Part shown: positions 35,815 to 45,919 of the stretch, piece by piece | Layout: every line of letters begins with the position of its first letter | Position numbering within the stretch: the stretch's first letter is position 1 | NCBI GenBank assembly: GCA_963789955.1 | Contig: CAWBMV010000034.1 | Coordinates: forward strand, 192,001-256,000 | Direction of reading: 5' to 3' | DNA: 64,000 nucleotides | Source of the DNA: an uncultured Candidatus Rokubacteria bacterium | GTDB lineage: Bacteria; Methylomirabilota; Methylomirabilia; Rokubacteriales; CSP1-6 | Made by a program: the position numbers and the translations under genes | The notes under the pieces: generated by a model | Databases searched by the model: none | What the model saw: only the letters and a program-made list of their open reading frames with translations | What the model was told of the DNA's origin: nothing

Positions 35815-36834
35815 TCATTTCAGGAGTTCGGTCAATTGCGACAGTAGGTTTCGCCGCGCCTGCGCCTCCGCGCCGGGGCTCCACGCGACGGTCGCGCCCT
35901 TCCGCAGACAGCGCGTGATCTCGTTGGCCGGCGGCGCCGGCCCCAGGATGCTGGCTACCGTCAGCGCGCAGCCGGCGCCATTGTCGACGTCCGGGAGGTA
36001 CTGGAAGGGGAGCCCGACGTTGTCGAAGCTATGGTGGGCTCCTGGATACACCGTGATCGCGGCATCCTGACCCGAGCGTCGGAGGAGCTCCACCAGCGCC
36101 TCGCACGGAGCGGCCGGCGTCCAATCATCGAGCTCGCCGGAGTGGATTCGCAGAGGGGCCGTGATGTGCTCGCGCTCCGGATAGGCCGCATCGCAGGATG
36201 GATAGAACGCGAAGAATGCGCGAAAGGTCGGCTGGTCGGGGACCGCATACGTGTCCCGGGCCCACTCTGTCGAGGCGATCGTCGTCAGGATCCCGCCGTG
36301 TGAGAAGCCCATCAATCCGATCCGTCGGCGATCGATCCTCGGATGGGTGGCCAGGATGCGGAGCGCGCCATAGGCGTCCGGGACACGTTGAGTCGCGATC
36401 AGCGCTCTCGGGTTCGTGCACACCTCGGTCAGGCCCCGAGCACGAAAGCTGTCGAGCATCAGCGTGGCGTAGCCCCAGCTGTGGAGAACCCGAGCCCAGC
36501 TCTTCTCGGTGTTCACGATTCCACTGCAGCCATGAGCCAGGACGACCGCAGGCCAGGGCCCGGCGCCGGACGGCAACGTGAGCTCGGCCGAGAGCACGAC
36601 CGGATCGCCCGCGATCAAGCGGGAGCCGTCGGGTGCGATGAGCAGACTTCCGGGGGTGGCGAACCAAATCGTGCCCGAGTCCGTGGCCGACAAGCTCGGC
36701 TTGAGGTCGGTCAGCGCGGGCGCACAGGCCGCGCACGTCGCGCTCAGTACGGCGACGATGAACAGTCGTGTCACGAAACCATCGAGGTCGTTGCGCCCGA
36801 AGGAGTTGCGGCGTCTGAGCTGGTGTGCTGTCAT
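35815..36834 (-). CDS. Dienelactone hydrolase-family alpha/beta hydrolase, probably exported or a lipoprotein (true start may be GTG 36774)
   Basis: Motifs HGCSG, GFSHGG nucleophile elbow, GELDDW and YPGAHHSFD. Hydrophobic N-terminus ends in a lipobox-like CAAC. Confidence 0.85.
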   Translation of the reverse strand: MTAHQLRRRNSFGRNDLDGFVTRLFIVAVLSATCAACAPALTDLKPSLSATDSGTIWFATPGSLLIAPDGSRLIAGDPVVLSAELTLPSGAGPWPAVVLAHGCSGIVNTEKSWARVLHSWGYATLMLDSFRARGLTEVCTNPRALIATQRVPDAYGALRILATHPRIDRRRIGLMGFSHGGILTTIASTEWARDTYAVPDQPTFRAFFAFYPSCDAAYPEREHITAPLRIHSGELDDWTPAAPCEALVELLRRSGQDAAITVYPGAHHSFDNVGLPFQYLPDVDNGAGCALTVASILGPAPPANEITRCLRKGATVAWSPGAEAQARRNLLSQLTELLK

Positions 36835-36875
36835 GTGTCCCTCCGGGGCACCGAGTATAGATCGAGGGGGTCTCC

Positions 36876-37673
36876 ATGCGGCTCGCCGGCAAGGTCGCGG
36901 TCGTGACAGGCGGAGGGAGCGGCATCGGCCGTGGCATCGTGCTGGCGCTGGCGCGCGAAGGCGCCGACGTCGCCATCCCCGACATCCAGGTGCTGAACGC
37001 GGAGAAGGTCGCCGGTGAGGTCAAGGGGCTGGGCCGCAAGGCCCTCGCGATGAAGACCGACGTCACCAGCGCCGCCGACGTGAAGACGATGGTCGACCGC
37101 ACGCGCGAGTCGTTCGGCAAGATCGACATCCTCGTCAACAACGCGGGCGCCGCGGGGCCTCCGGGGATGCCGTTCACCAACAACACTGAGGAAGACTGGG
37201 ACCGCACCTTCGCCGTCAACACGAAGTCGGTCTTTCTCACGTGCAAGGCGATCACGCCCCACTTCATCGAGCGGAAGGCGGGCCGCATCGTGAACATCGC
37301 TTCGATCGCGGGCCCCATCTCGGCGCCGACGATGCCGCCTTACAGTGTCGCGAAGATGGGTGTCATCACGCTCACCCGCATCATCGCCAAGGAGCTTGCG
37401 CCGCACGGCGTGACGGTGAACGCGATCTGCCCGGGCGTGCTCTGGACCGACTTCTGGCAGAAGCTCGCCGCTCATCTCGCGGAGACGAATCCCGTCTTCA
37501 AGGGCATGACGGCGCGCCAGGTATTCGACAAGCGCGTGGCCGACATCACGCCGATGAAGCGCGAGCAGACCCCCGAGGACATCGGCTGGGCCGCGGTCTT
37601 CCTCGCCTCCGACGAAGCCCGCAACATCACCGGCCAAGCCCTCAACGTCGACGGCGGCGTGGTGATGCAGTGA
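36876..37673 (+). CDS. Short-chain dehydrogenase/reductase (SDR)
   Basis: Motifs TGGGSGIG, NNAG, YSVAK and VNAICPG. Confidence 0.93.
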   Translation: MRLAGKVAVVTGGGSGIGRGIVLALAREGADVAIPDIQVLNAEKVAGEVKGLGRKALAMKTDVTSAADVKTMVDRTRESFGKIDILVNNAGAAGPPGMPFTNNTEEDWDRTFAVNTKSVFLTCKAITPHFIERKAGRIVNIASIAGPISAPTMPPYSVAKMGVITLTRIIAKELAPHGVTVNAICPGVLWTDFWQKLAAHLAETNPVFKGMTARQVFDKRVADITPMKREQTPEDIGWAAVFLASDEARNITGQALNVDGGVVMQ

Positions 37674-37738
37674 CGACCACGCGAACGACGAGCCGCCACG
37701 CATCTACGCAGCGGAGTCGACAACAGCCAATGCGCCGC

Positions 37739-37965
37739 CGCCAGGCGTGTACGCAGGGGAGTCGAGAGGGGGGCGGAGCCCCCTTCTCCGCCACAGAAGT
37801 GCAGTGCGCGGGCGCCAGGCGTGTACGCAGGGGAGTCGAGAGGGGGGCGGAGCCCCGCGTCGCCGCCAGGCGTGTACGCAGGGGAGTCGAGAGGGGGGCG
37901 GAGCCCGCGCGGGCGCCAGGCGTGTACGCAGGGGAGTCGAGAGGGGGGCGGAGCCCCCTTCTCCC
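37739..37965 (+). repeat. Four identical 43-bp direct repeats with a GC hairpin (REP-like), plus a degenerate copy at ~37695-37722
   Basis: CGCCAGGCGTGTACGCAGGGGAGTCGAGAGGGGGGCGGAGCCC at 37739, 37813, 37864 and 37914, with spacers of 31, 8 and 7 nt. Copies 1 and 4 complete the stem GAGAGGGGGGC-GGA-GCCCCCTTCTC. Confidence 0.9.
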
Positions 37966-37966
37966 A

Positions 37967-39145
37967 ATGAACTTCGACTTCAGCGACCGGGAAGAAGGAT
38001 TCCGCAAGGAGGTCCGCGGCTGGCTCGAGGCCAACCTGCCGGACGACCTGCGCGGCCGTGCGTTCGCGGCCTCGCGCGCCGGCCGCGACGAGGTCAAGAA
38101 GCTTCGCGCGTGGCAGAAGCGCATGTGCGAGGCAGGCTACGTCGGGCTCGACTGGCCGCGCGAGTTCGGCGGGCGGGGCGCGACCATCGTCGACATGGTC
38201 ATCCTCTACCAGGAGATGGCGCGCGCCGAGTCGCCGCAGCTGGTCAACCGCGGCGGCGTGTCGATGCTCGGCCCGACGCTCATGAAGCACGGCACGCCGG
38301 CGCAGCAGCAGCGCCACCTGTCGAAGATCCTCACGGCCGACGAGCTCTGGTGTCAGGGCTTCTCGGAGCCGAACGCGGGCTCCGATCTGGCCAACCTCCA
38401 GACGCGCGGCGTGCGTGACGGCGATCACTTCGTCGTGAACGGCCAGAAGGTGTGGACCAGCATGGCCCACGTCGCCGACTGGTGCTTCCTGCTCGTCCGC
38501 ACCGACCCGAGCGCCGCCAAGCACAAGGGCATCAGCTTCCTGCTCGTCGACATGAAGACGCCGGGCATCACGGTGCGGCCGCTGCGCCAGATCACCGGCG
38601 AGGCCGAGTTCAACGAGGTCTTCTTCGACAACGTGCGGGTCCCCGTCGAGAACCTGGTCGGCAAGCTCAACGAGGGATGGAGCGTCGCCCTCACCACCCT
38701 GGCCTACGAGCGCGATCTGCTGACCTTCATCCGGCACATCTCGCTGAGAAACGCGCTGCACCGCCTCGTCCGCTTGGCCCAGGAACGACGGAAGGGCGAC
38801 GATCCGGTCCTCCGGCAAAAACTGGCCGCGCTCTGGATCGGCGAGCAGGCGCTCCAGCTCAACGGCTATCGGAGCCTCACCAAGATCCTGCGCGGCGGCG
38901 CGCCCGGGCCCGAGGGCTCGACCTCGAAGCTCTTCTGGAGTCAGCTCGACCAGGAGCTGGCGCACGTCGCGACCGAGGTGATCGGCCCGTACTCGCAGAT
39001 CGCCCAGGGCTCGGAGTGGGCGCCCGACGACGGCCAGTGGGAGTTCTACGAGCTCCTGGCGCGGGGGAGCGGCATCCGTGCCGGCACCTCCGAGATTCTC
39101 CGCAACATCCTCTCCGAGCGTGTGCTCGGCCTGCCGAAGGACTGA
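37967..39145 (+). CDS. Acyl-CoA dehydrogenase family protein
   Basis: Start MNFDFSDREE. Motifs WCQGFSEPNAGSDL, NGQKVWTS, EFNEVFFDNV and GTSEILRNI. Confidence 0.93.
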   Translation: MNFDFSDREEGFRKEVRGWLEANLPDDLRGRAFAASRAGRDEVKKLRAWQKRMCEAGYVGLDWPREFGGRGATIVDMVILYQEMARAESPQLVNRGGVSMLGPTLMKHGTPAQQQRHLSKILTADELWCQGFSEPNAGSDLANLQTRGVRDGDHFVVNGQKVWTSMAHVADWCFLLVRTDPSAAKHKGISFLLVDMKTPGITVRPLRQITGEAEFNEVFFDNVRVPVENLVGKLNEGWSVALTTLAYERDLLTFIRHISLRNALHRLVRLAQERRKGDDPVLRQKLAALWIGEQALQLNGYRSLTKILRGGAPGPEGSTSKLFWSQLDQELAHVATEVIGPYSQIAQGSEWAPDDGQWEFYELLARGSGIRAGTSEILRNILSERVLGLPKD

Positions 39146-39162
39146 CGACGTCGCCGACGGCC

Positions 39163-40464
39163 ATGAAGCCCCAAACGCGCTACGCCCGTAGCGGCGACGT
39201 CAGCATCGCCTATCAGGTCGTCGGGGACGGTCCGCGGGATCTGGTGCTGGTGGCGGGCTGGGTGACGAATATCGAGGTGCTCTGGGAGGAGCCCTCGATG
39301 GCCCGGTTCCTCGAACGGCTCGCGGGCTTCTCGCGGCTGATCCTCTTCGACAAGCGTGGCACGGGTCTGTCCGATCGGGTCGCCGACATGCCGAACCTCG
39401 AAACGCGCATGGACGACGTCAGGGCCGTGATGGACGCGGTTCAATCGAAACGCGCGGCGCTGCTCGGCTATTCCGAGGGCGGGCCGATGTGCGTCTTGTT
39501 CGCCGCGACCTATCCCGACCGGACGGCAGCCCTCGTGACCGTGGGAAGTTTCCCCCGGCGGCTCTGGGCACCGGACTATCCGTGGGGCCCGCAGCGCGAT
39601 GATCGCGCGCGATGGATCGAGACGATCAAGGACGAGTGGGGCGGGGCGATCGCGCTGGACGATCGCGCGCCGAGCGTCGCGCAGGATCCGGCATTTCGCG
39701 ATTGGTGGGCTCGTCTCTTGCGCATGGGCGCGAGCCCGACGGCCGCCGCCGCGCTCCAGCACATGAACAGCGACATCGACATCCGCCACGTTCTCCCGGC
39801 CATCCGGGTGCCCACGCTGATCATTCACAACGCGGACGACCCACTGATCGCCAGCGGGGCCGGCCGCTACATGGCCGAGCGGATCCCCGATGCCAAGTTC
39901 GTGGAGCTTCCGGGCCGTGACCATCTGCCGTGGGTCGGCAACGCCGACGCCATCCTCGACGAGGTCGAGGATTTCTTGACCGGGATGCGCCGGGGCCCGG
40001 ACCCCGATCGTATCCTCGCGACCGTGCTGTTCACCGATATCGTCGAGTCCACTCGCAAGGCGGCCGAGCTGGGCGATCATCGCTGGCGCGACGTGCTGAC
40101 CGCGTTCCAGGACCTGACCCGCGATCACGTCACGCGATTTCGCGGACGTGAGATCGACACCGCCGGCGACGGGCTTCTGGCGGCCTTCGACGGGCCGGCC
40201 CGCGCGGTGCGCGCGGCCACCGCGGTCAGCGCCGACGTCCGCCGCCTCGGACTCGAGGTCCGGGCCGGGCTGCACACGGGCGAGTGCGAGATCATGGGCA
40301 CGAAGCTGGGCGGTGTCGCCGTGCACATCGGCGCCCGCATCGCGGGGCTGGCCAAGGGAGGCGAGGTCCTGGTGTCGAGCACCGTGCGCGACCTCGTCGC
40401 TGGGTCCGGGCTCAAGTTCGCGGACCGCGGCCAGCACGCGCTCAAAGGCGTCCCGGGCGACTGA
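39163..40464 (+). CDS. Alpha/beta hydrolase fused to class III adenylate/guanylate cyclase (LipJ/Rv1900c-like); TGA at a conserved Trp removes the last ~9 residues
   Basis: Hydrolase motifs FDKRGTGLSD and GYSEGG. Cyclase motifs LFTDIVEST, DTAGDG, GLHTGE and AVHIGARI. Ends LKGVPGD*RIFAVDMN*. Confidence 0.9.
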   Translation: MKPQTRYARSGDVSIAYQVVGDGPRDLVLVAGWVTNIEVLWEEPSMARFLERLAGFSRLILFDKRGTGLSDRVADMPNLETRMDDVRAVMDAVQSKRAALLGYSEGGPMCVLFAATYPDRTAALVTVGSFPRRLWAPDYPWGPQRDDRARWIETIKDEWGGAIALDDRAPSVAQDPAFRDWWARLLRMGASPTAAAALQHMNSDIDIRHVLPAIRVPTLIIHNADDPLIASGAGRYMAERIPDAKFVELPGRDHLPWVGNADAILDEVEDFLTGMRRGPDPDRILATVLFTDIVESTRKAAELGDHRWRDVLTAFQDLTRDHVTRFRGREIDTAGDGLLAAFDGPARAVRAATAVSADVRRLGLEVRAGLHTGECEIMGTKLGGVAVHIGARIAGLAKGGEVLVSSTVRDLVAGSGLKFADRGQHALKGVPGD

Positions 40465-40515
40465 CGCATTTTCGCCGTGGACATGAACTGACTTCCAAAC
40501 GCATGAGGATCCGCC

Positions 40516-41298
40516 ATGAGTGACCTGCTCTACGAGGTGAAGGACAAGATCGCGACGATCACCTTGAATCGTCCGGACAAGCTGAACGCGTTCACCCGCG
40601 ACATGATCGACGCGTGGGCGAAATCGCTGAGCGCGGCGCAGGCCGACGACAGCGTCAACGTCATCGTGGTCACCGGCTCCGGGCGCGCGTTCTGCTCGGG
40701 CGGTGACGTGGGGCGCATGCGCGAGGGTGAGCCGACCGCGCTGGATGGCAAGAACAGCCTCTGGGAAGGCGTTCACCGCGTGCCGAAGACGCTGGAGACC
40801 GTGGACAAACCGGTCATCGCCATGGTCAACGGGCTGGCGGTCGGCGCCGGCATGGGCATGTGCGTCATGTGCGATATGCGCGTGGCCGCCGAGTCGGCGC
40901 GCTTCTCGACGGGCTACGTGCGCGTGGGCCTGGTGCCGGGCGACGGCGACACGTACTTCCTGCCGCGCCTGGTCGGCGCCGCCAAGGCGCTCGAGCTCTT
41001 ATGGACCGCGGATTTCATCGAGGCGCCGGAAGCACACCGGCTCGGCATCGTGCAGCGGGTGGTGCCGGACGCTCAGCTGAAGGACGCCACCTACGCGATG
41101 GCGCGCCAGATCGCGGACGGGCCGCAGATCCCGATCCGCATGATCAAGCGGCTCGTCTATCAGAGCCTCAAGCTGGATCTTCGGACGCACCTCGATCTGG
41201 TCTCGTCGCACATGTCGATCGTGCGCCAGACGGCCGACCACAAAGAGGGTGTGACGGCGTTCAAGGAGAAGCGGCCCCCGCGGTTCGAGGGGCGCTGA
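40516..41298 (+). CDS. Enoyl-CoA hydratase/isomerase family protein
   Basis: Motifs ITLNRPDKLNA, AFCSGGD, KPVIAMVNG and EKRPPRFEGR. Confidence 0.93.
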   Translation: MSDLLYEVKDKIATITLNRPDKLNAFTRDMIDAWAKSLSAAQADDSVNVIVVTGSGRAFCSGGDVGRMREGEPTALDGKNSLWEGVHRVPKTLETVDKPVIAMVNGLAVGAGMGMCVMCDMRVAAESARFSTGYVRVGLVPGDGDTYFLPRLVGAAKALELLWTADFIEAPEAHRLGIVQRVVPDAQLKDATYAMARQIADGPQIPIRMIKRLVYQSLKLDLRTHLDLVSSHMSIVRQTADHKEGVTAFKEKRPPRFEGR

Positions 41299-41310
41299 CG
41301 GCGCCGGGCT

Positions 41311-42214
41311 TCAGCCCTTCCGCAGCTTGGGATCGAGTGCGTCCCGGAGCGAATCGCCGAAGAGGTTGAAGCCGAACACGCCGAGGCTGATCGCGATACC
41401 CGGGAACAGCGCGATCCACGGCGCCTTCTCGGCATACGAGGGGGCGGAGCCCGACAGCATCAATCCCCACGACGGTGTTGGCTCCGCCGCTCCCGAGCCC
41501 CAGGTAGGACAGCGCGGCCTCGGCCAGGATCGCGGCGCCGAGCTGCGCCGTGACCATGATGATGTACGGGGCCGTGACGTTGGGAATGATGTGCTGCAGG
41601 ATCACGCGCCGCCGGGACGCGCCGAGCGCCTGCACCGCCTCGACGTAGACGTTCTCCTTCACGGACATGGCGGCCGCCCGCACCACGCGCGCGACGCGCG
41701 GGATGACCGGAATCGAGATGGCGATCACGACGTTGTGAACCGCCGGGCCCAGGATCGACGCGATGGCCAGGGCCAGGATCAGCTGCGGGAACGCCAGCAA
41801 GATGTCCATCAGCCGTTCGAGCAGGAGATCGACGTGGCCGCCCCAGAAGGCGCTGACCACGCCGAGCAGCGCCCCGATCGTGCAGCCGATGAACGACGCG
41901 AAGAATCCGACGAACAGCGCGATGCGCGCGCCGTACATGATCCGGCTCAGGACGTCGCGGCCGAACTCGTCGGTGCCGAACCAGTGCTCCGCGCTCGGCC
42001 GCGCGAACTGCAGGCCGTAGTCGCCGATGTACGGATCGTACGGCGCCAGCAGCTCGGCGAACACCGCCAGCACCAGCATCCCGAGGATGATCACCGCGCC
42101 GGCGGCGCCGAGCGGCTTGGTGCGGACGAACCGCGCCACCACGCCGGCGACGGTGAGCTTCGGCGCCAGGGTCGCCGACGCGGTCGCGTGGGCCAGCTCG
42201 ATGTTCGTCGCCAT
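41311..42214 (-). CDS. Peptide/nickel ABC transporter permease (DppC/OppC-like); one apparent frameshift near 41490
   Basis: Motifs HWFGTDEFGRD and YVEAVQALGAS. The C-terminus SWGLML...FNLFGDSLRDALDPKLRKG* is in a shifted frame. Confidence 0.88.
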
Positions 42215-42219
42215 TGCCG

Positions 42220-43177
42220 TCAGCGGTATCGGATACGCGGATCGAACCACGCGTACGTGAGGTCGACGAGCAGGTTGATCACGACGAAGCCGAACGCGAT
42301 GAGGAAGATCAGCGCCTGCACGACCGGATAGTCGCGGTGCGCGACGGCGTCGACCACGAACCGCCCCACGCCGTTCAGGGTGAACACGGTCTCGGTGACG
42401 ACCAGCCCGCCGATCAAAAAGGCGAACTCGGTGCCGACGAGCGTGATCACCGGGAGCATCGAGTTCTTCAGGGCGTGACGGACGACGACGGCCCGCTCAC
42501 GCAGTCCCTTGGCCCACGCCGTGCGGATGTAGTCCTCGCGCAGCACCTCGAGGAGCGTCGAGCGCGTCATCCGCGTGGTGACGGCGGCGTAGCGATAGCC
42601 CACCGTGAGCACGGGCCAGATCATCATCTGAAAGTTCGCCCAGGGATCGATCCAGGGCGGGGTGAACTCGAGCGGCGGTCCCCACCCGAAGAAGATCACG
42701 AGCATCAGGATGCAGAGGATTCCCACCCAGAACGACGGGATCGCCAGTCCACCGATGCTGACGATGCGCACGAGGTAGTCCACCCAGGAGTCCTGACGGA
42801 CCGCCGCCAGCATGCCAAGCGGAATCGCGATGATCACCGAGACGAAGGTCGCCGCGATCGCCAGCTCGAGTGAGAGCGGCAGCCGCACCAGCATCTCCTC
42901 GATGACCGGACGCCCGGTCCAGAGCGAATTGCCGAAGTCGAAGCGGAGGACGCCCCAGAGCCACGTCCCGAACTGCACCAGCAGCGGCTGGTCCAGGCCC
43001 GAGACGATGGCGCATGTCGGCGAGCTGCTTGGCGTCGATCTGACCGCCCGCTTCGCCGCCGAAGATCAGGAGCGCCACGTCGCCGGGAATGACCCGCATG
43101 ATCACGAACACCAGCGCGGCGGCGCCGAGCAAGGTCGGAACGATCAGCAGGAGACGCTTGGCGACGTAGGTGCCCAT
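42220..43177 (-). CDS. Peptide/nickel ABC transporter permease (DppB/OppB-like); one apparent frameshift near 43000
   Basis: N-terminus MGTYVAKRLL. Motifs DYIRTAWAKGL, VTETVF and RDYPVVQ; ends DPRIRYR*. Confidence 0.88.
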
Positions 43178-43199
43178 ATCCGGCGCGCCGCGCGCTGGC

Positions 43200-44808
43200 T
43201 CAGTCTTCGGACAGCCAGACGTCCTGGAGCTTCTGGTTAGCGTAGTGATTCGGCGGCGCCACGTAGTTCTTCACTTTGGTCCAGTGGACGACGCTGCGAG
43301 TCCACCAGAGACCGGGCATATAGTAGACGTGCTCGAGCACGGTCTTCTGCAGCTGAAGGATCGCCTTGCGCCGTTCCGCGGGGTCGAGCGCGCGCGCCTG
43401 CCGTGAGAACAGGTCATCGACCGCCGGATCGGTGAAGCGGCCCCAGTTCTGCGGATCTCCGGTGGTGTAGCGCCGCAGGAAGATATCGGGGTCGTCACTG
43501 GCCTCGACCGTCGGCGCGACGATCAGCTCGAAGTTGCCGGTGTCTCGTCCGTCGGCGAACCAGGCCGCGGTCTCCTCCGGCCGTTGCTCGGCCTGGATGC
43601 CGATCTTGCGCCACTCCTGAACGGCGAACACCGCGAAGTCCTGATACGGCAGCTTCACGTTTCGGTTCTTGAGCACGACCTTGAAGCCGTTGGGATAGCC
43701 CGCCTCGGCCAGCAGCTTCTTCGCCTCGGCCCGGTTCTTCTCGATGTCCGTGCCGAACCCCGGGAAGCTTTTGCAGCTCGGCCTCCGGCATCGCGAACTC
43801 CGTCCCCGGACGCAGCAGGCCGCCGACGTCCTTCAGGCTCGTGAGCGGGAACAGCACTCGCCCCATCGTGTAGCGATCGAGCGAGAGCGTCAGCGCCTTG
43901 CGCACGCGCTCGTCGGAGAACGGCTTCGCGGTGTTGTTGATCGCGATCCCCCACTGACCGGTCATCGGCGTGTGCTGGACGGCCACCTTGTCGCCCAGCT
44001 GCTTCTTGATCGCCTCGACCTCCGCCAGGGGCAGGTCGCGGAACTCGATGTACGCGCGCCCGGAGCGGATCGCAGCCGCCCGCACCGACGTCTCGGTGCT
44101 GATGAAGAACTTGTAGCCGTTCAGGTAGGGCCGATCCTTGACGAAGTAGTCGGGGTTGCGCTCGCCCTCGAAGCTCGCGCCCGGCGTGTAGCTCTTGAAC
44201 TTGAAAGGACCGGAGCCCATCACGTTCTTCATGAAGTAGTTTGGGTCCTTGTCCAGGTACTTCTTCGGATAGATCACGTTCCACGGCGAGGCCAGATTCA
44301 GAAGCAGCGAGGCCGAGGGGAACTTGAGCTTGAACACGACGGTGCTCGCGTCCGGCGCCTCGATGCTTGTCACGGCCGAGTAGCTGTTCTTCCGGACGCT
44401 GCGTGTCCCTGGGGGCGGGAAGAGGAGCTTGTCGTACGTGGCCTTGACGTCGACGGCCGTCAACGGCGAGCCATCGTGAAACTTGATCCCGGGACGAATC
44501 TTGAACGTGTACGTCAGGGCGTCGGGCGAGATCTTCCATTCGCTCGCGGCGTCCCCGATGATCTTGGGATAGTCGTAGGGGTCCGTCTGAAGCAGGGTGC
44601 TGTAGAGCGGAGCCACGAGCTGGATCGTGGCGAATGTGCTCTCCTGGTGCGGATCGAGACTCGGCGGGTCGGCGCCGATCACGGCCAGCAGAACCCCGCC
44701 ACGACGCGGAGTTTCGGCGGCGTGAATCGCGGGAACCGCCAGCGCGAACGCAACCGTGAGAGCCACGACGAAGCACACCACACGTCGACCCTGGTCGCCT
44801 GCGGCCAT
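43200..44808 (-). CDS. ABC transporter substrate-binding protein, family 5; one apparent frameshift near 43760
   Basis: Signal peptide. Motifs PPSLDPH, KFHDGSPLTA, GSGPFK and ERNPDYF; C-terminus QDVWL in a second frame. Confidence 0.88.
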
Positions 44809-44941
44809 GCACCACCTCCGCGAGCGTGAGACGCTCGATTTGTTTCCTGTACTGATTAGTGGCGGACGGTACCGTGTGAGGCCGCACCTGTCAACCCGTG
44901 CTGCTTGTAACGTCGGCTGTCAGGTTCGATGACGACTGCTC

Positions 44942-45349
44942 TCAGCGAGGGGCGAGCACCATCTGTGTCTGGATCGTCTGGGCCAGCAACCGGCCCGACG
45001 CGTCGGTCACGCGCGTCTGCCACACCATCGTGGTGCGGCCGCGATGCAGCGGCGTGGCTTCGGCGCGCACGACGCCGTCGCGTCCGGCCGCGAAGAAGTT
45101 GGTCTTCGACTCGAGTGTCGTGGTCGAGGCGCCGGGCGGCAGGTTGAGGAACGTCGCGGTGGCGCCGACAGTGTCGGCGAGCGCCATGATCGCGCCGCCG
45201 TGGAGCGCGCCGCCGACCGTTCGGAGGTCGTCGCGGATCGTCAGCTCCGCGACGAGCCGGTCCTTGGAGGCTTCCGTGTAGCGCATGCCGATCAGCCCGG
45301 GCAGAAACGACCGCTGCAAGTCCATGAGCGCATCGAGGTCGATGGTCAC
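44942..45349 (-). CDS. PaaI-family hotdog-fold thioesterase
   Basis: Motifs LHGGAIMALAD, TTTLESKTNF and HRGRTTMVW. AAGGAG RBS. Confidence 0.9.
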   Translation of the reverse strand: MTIDLDALMDLQRSFLPGLIGMRYTEASKDRLVAELTIRDDLRTVGGALHGGAIMALADTVGATATFLNLPPGASTTTLESKTNFFAAGRDGVVRAEATPLHRGRTTMVWQTRVTDASGRLLAQTIQTQMVLAPR

Positions 45350-45402
45350 GAATGTCTCCTTGGATTGATGCGCGCCCAGAAGCGCCCCGAGGATCAGGCG
45401 GG

Positions 45403-45421
45403 CGAGTAGCCGCGGTACTCC
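45403..45421. repeat. att core, left copy: CGAGTAGCCGCGGTACTCC
   Basis: Exact match to 55703-55721. GAGTA/TACTC inverted arms surround a 7-bp spacer. Confidence 0.88.
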
Positions 45422-45466
45422 TCATCCGCCCTGATCCCTCTGATTCGATTGATGATGGCACTATTG

Positions 45467-45483
45467 GGTTGCGCCTGGGTTGC
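45467..45483. repeat. Putative integrase arm-type site, left: GGTTGCGCCTGGGTTGC
   Basis: Exact match to 55616-55632. It is a doublet of GGTTGC with an 11-bp period. Confidence 0.7.
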
Positions 45484-45665
45484 AGGATCTTGCACCAGGT
45501 CGGCCTGCGAGGGCATCCACTTCGCGTAGACGCGGAGCAGCACGCTCGCGTTCGACCAGCCACCCTGCTGCTGAACGTAGAGGAGCGGCGCGTTCCGAGA
45601 CGGCATGATCGAAGCCCACGACGCCTTGCCGATGTCGATCGCCACGAATGACGTACCCCCGGGAC

Positions 45666-45919
45666 GGCAAGCCGAACCAGAACGCCGACATCGAGAGCTT
45701 CAACGGCCGCCTCCGAGACGAGTGCCTCAACGAACACTGATTCACGAGCTTATCGTTTGCCCGTCAGACCCTCGAGGCGGGGCGCCTCGACTACAATGCC
45801 GTTCGACCGCACAGCAGCCTGAACCACGCGGCGCCCACGGAGTTCAAGCAACTCACCATGAAGTGGGCCGCCCACCCGATTTTCACATCCTGAGTGGCTC
45901 AGAGTCGGGGAGCCGGTCG
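45666..45919 (+). pseudogene. IS3-family (IS407-like) transposase C-terminal remnant with probable right end
   Basis: GKPNQNADIESFNGRLRDECLNEH*FTSL...DYNAVRPHSSL with an in-frame TGA at 45738. An IR-like GTGGCTCAGAGTCGGGGAGCCGGTC follows the stop. Confidence 0.85.

Larger units (their letters stand above)
45394..45657 (-). pseudogene. C-terminal remnant of a tyrosine recombinase/integrase
   Basis: RHSW (shifted frame)...SWASIM..APLLYVQQQGGWSNASVLLRVYAKW, matching box II R/H, W and catalytic Y. The N-terminal part is absent. Confidence 0.75.

Noticed and set aside
37739..37965. CRISPR array
   Set aside because: Spacers of 31, 8 and 7 nt are too short and uneven, partly repeat each other, and no cas genes are present in the window.
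45620..45655. IS110-like N-terminal motif FVAIDIGK on the minus strand
   Set aside because: Only about 8 residues, and equally explained by the small insertion within integrase box II.
40462..45740. Alternative genetic code (TGA=Trp) suggested by TGA at Trp positions 40462 and 45738
   Set aside because: TGA is the normal stop throughout, including ATGA/GTGA overlaps, and TGG is used widely. One of the two cases lies in a dead IS fragment.
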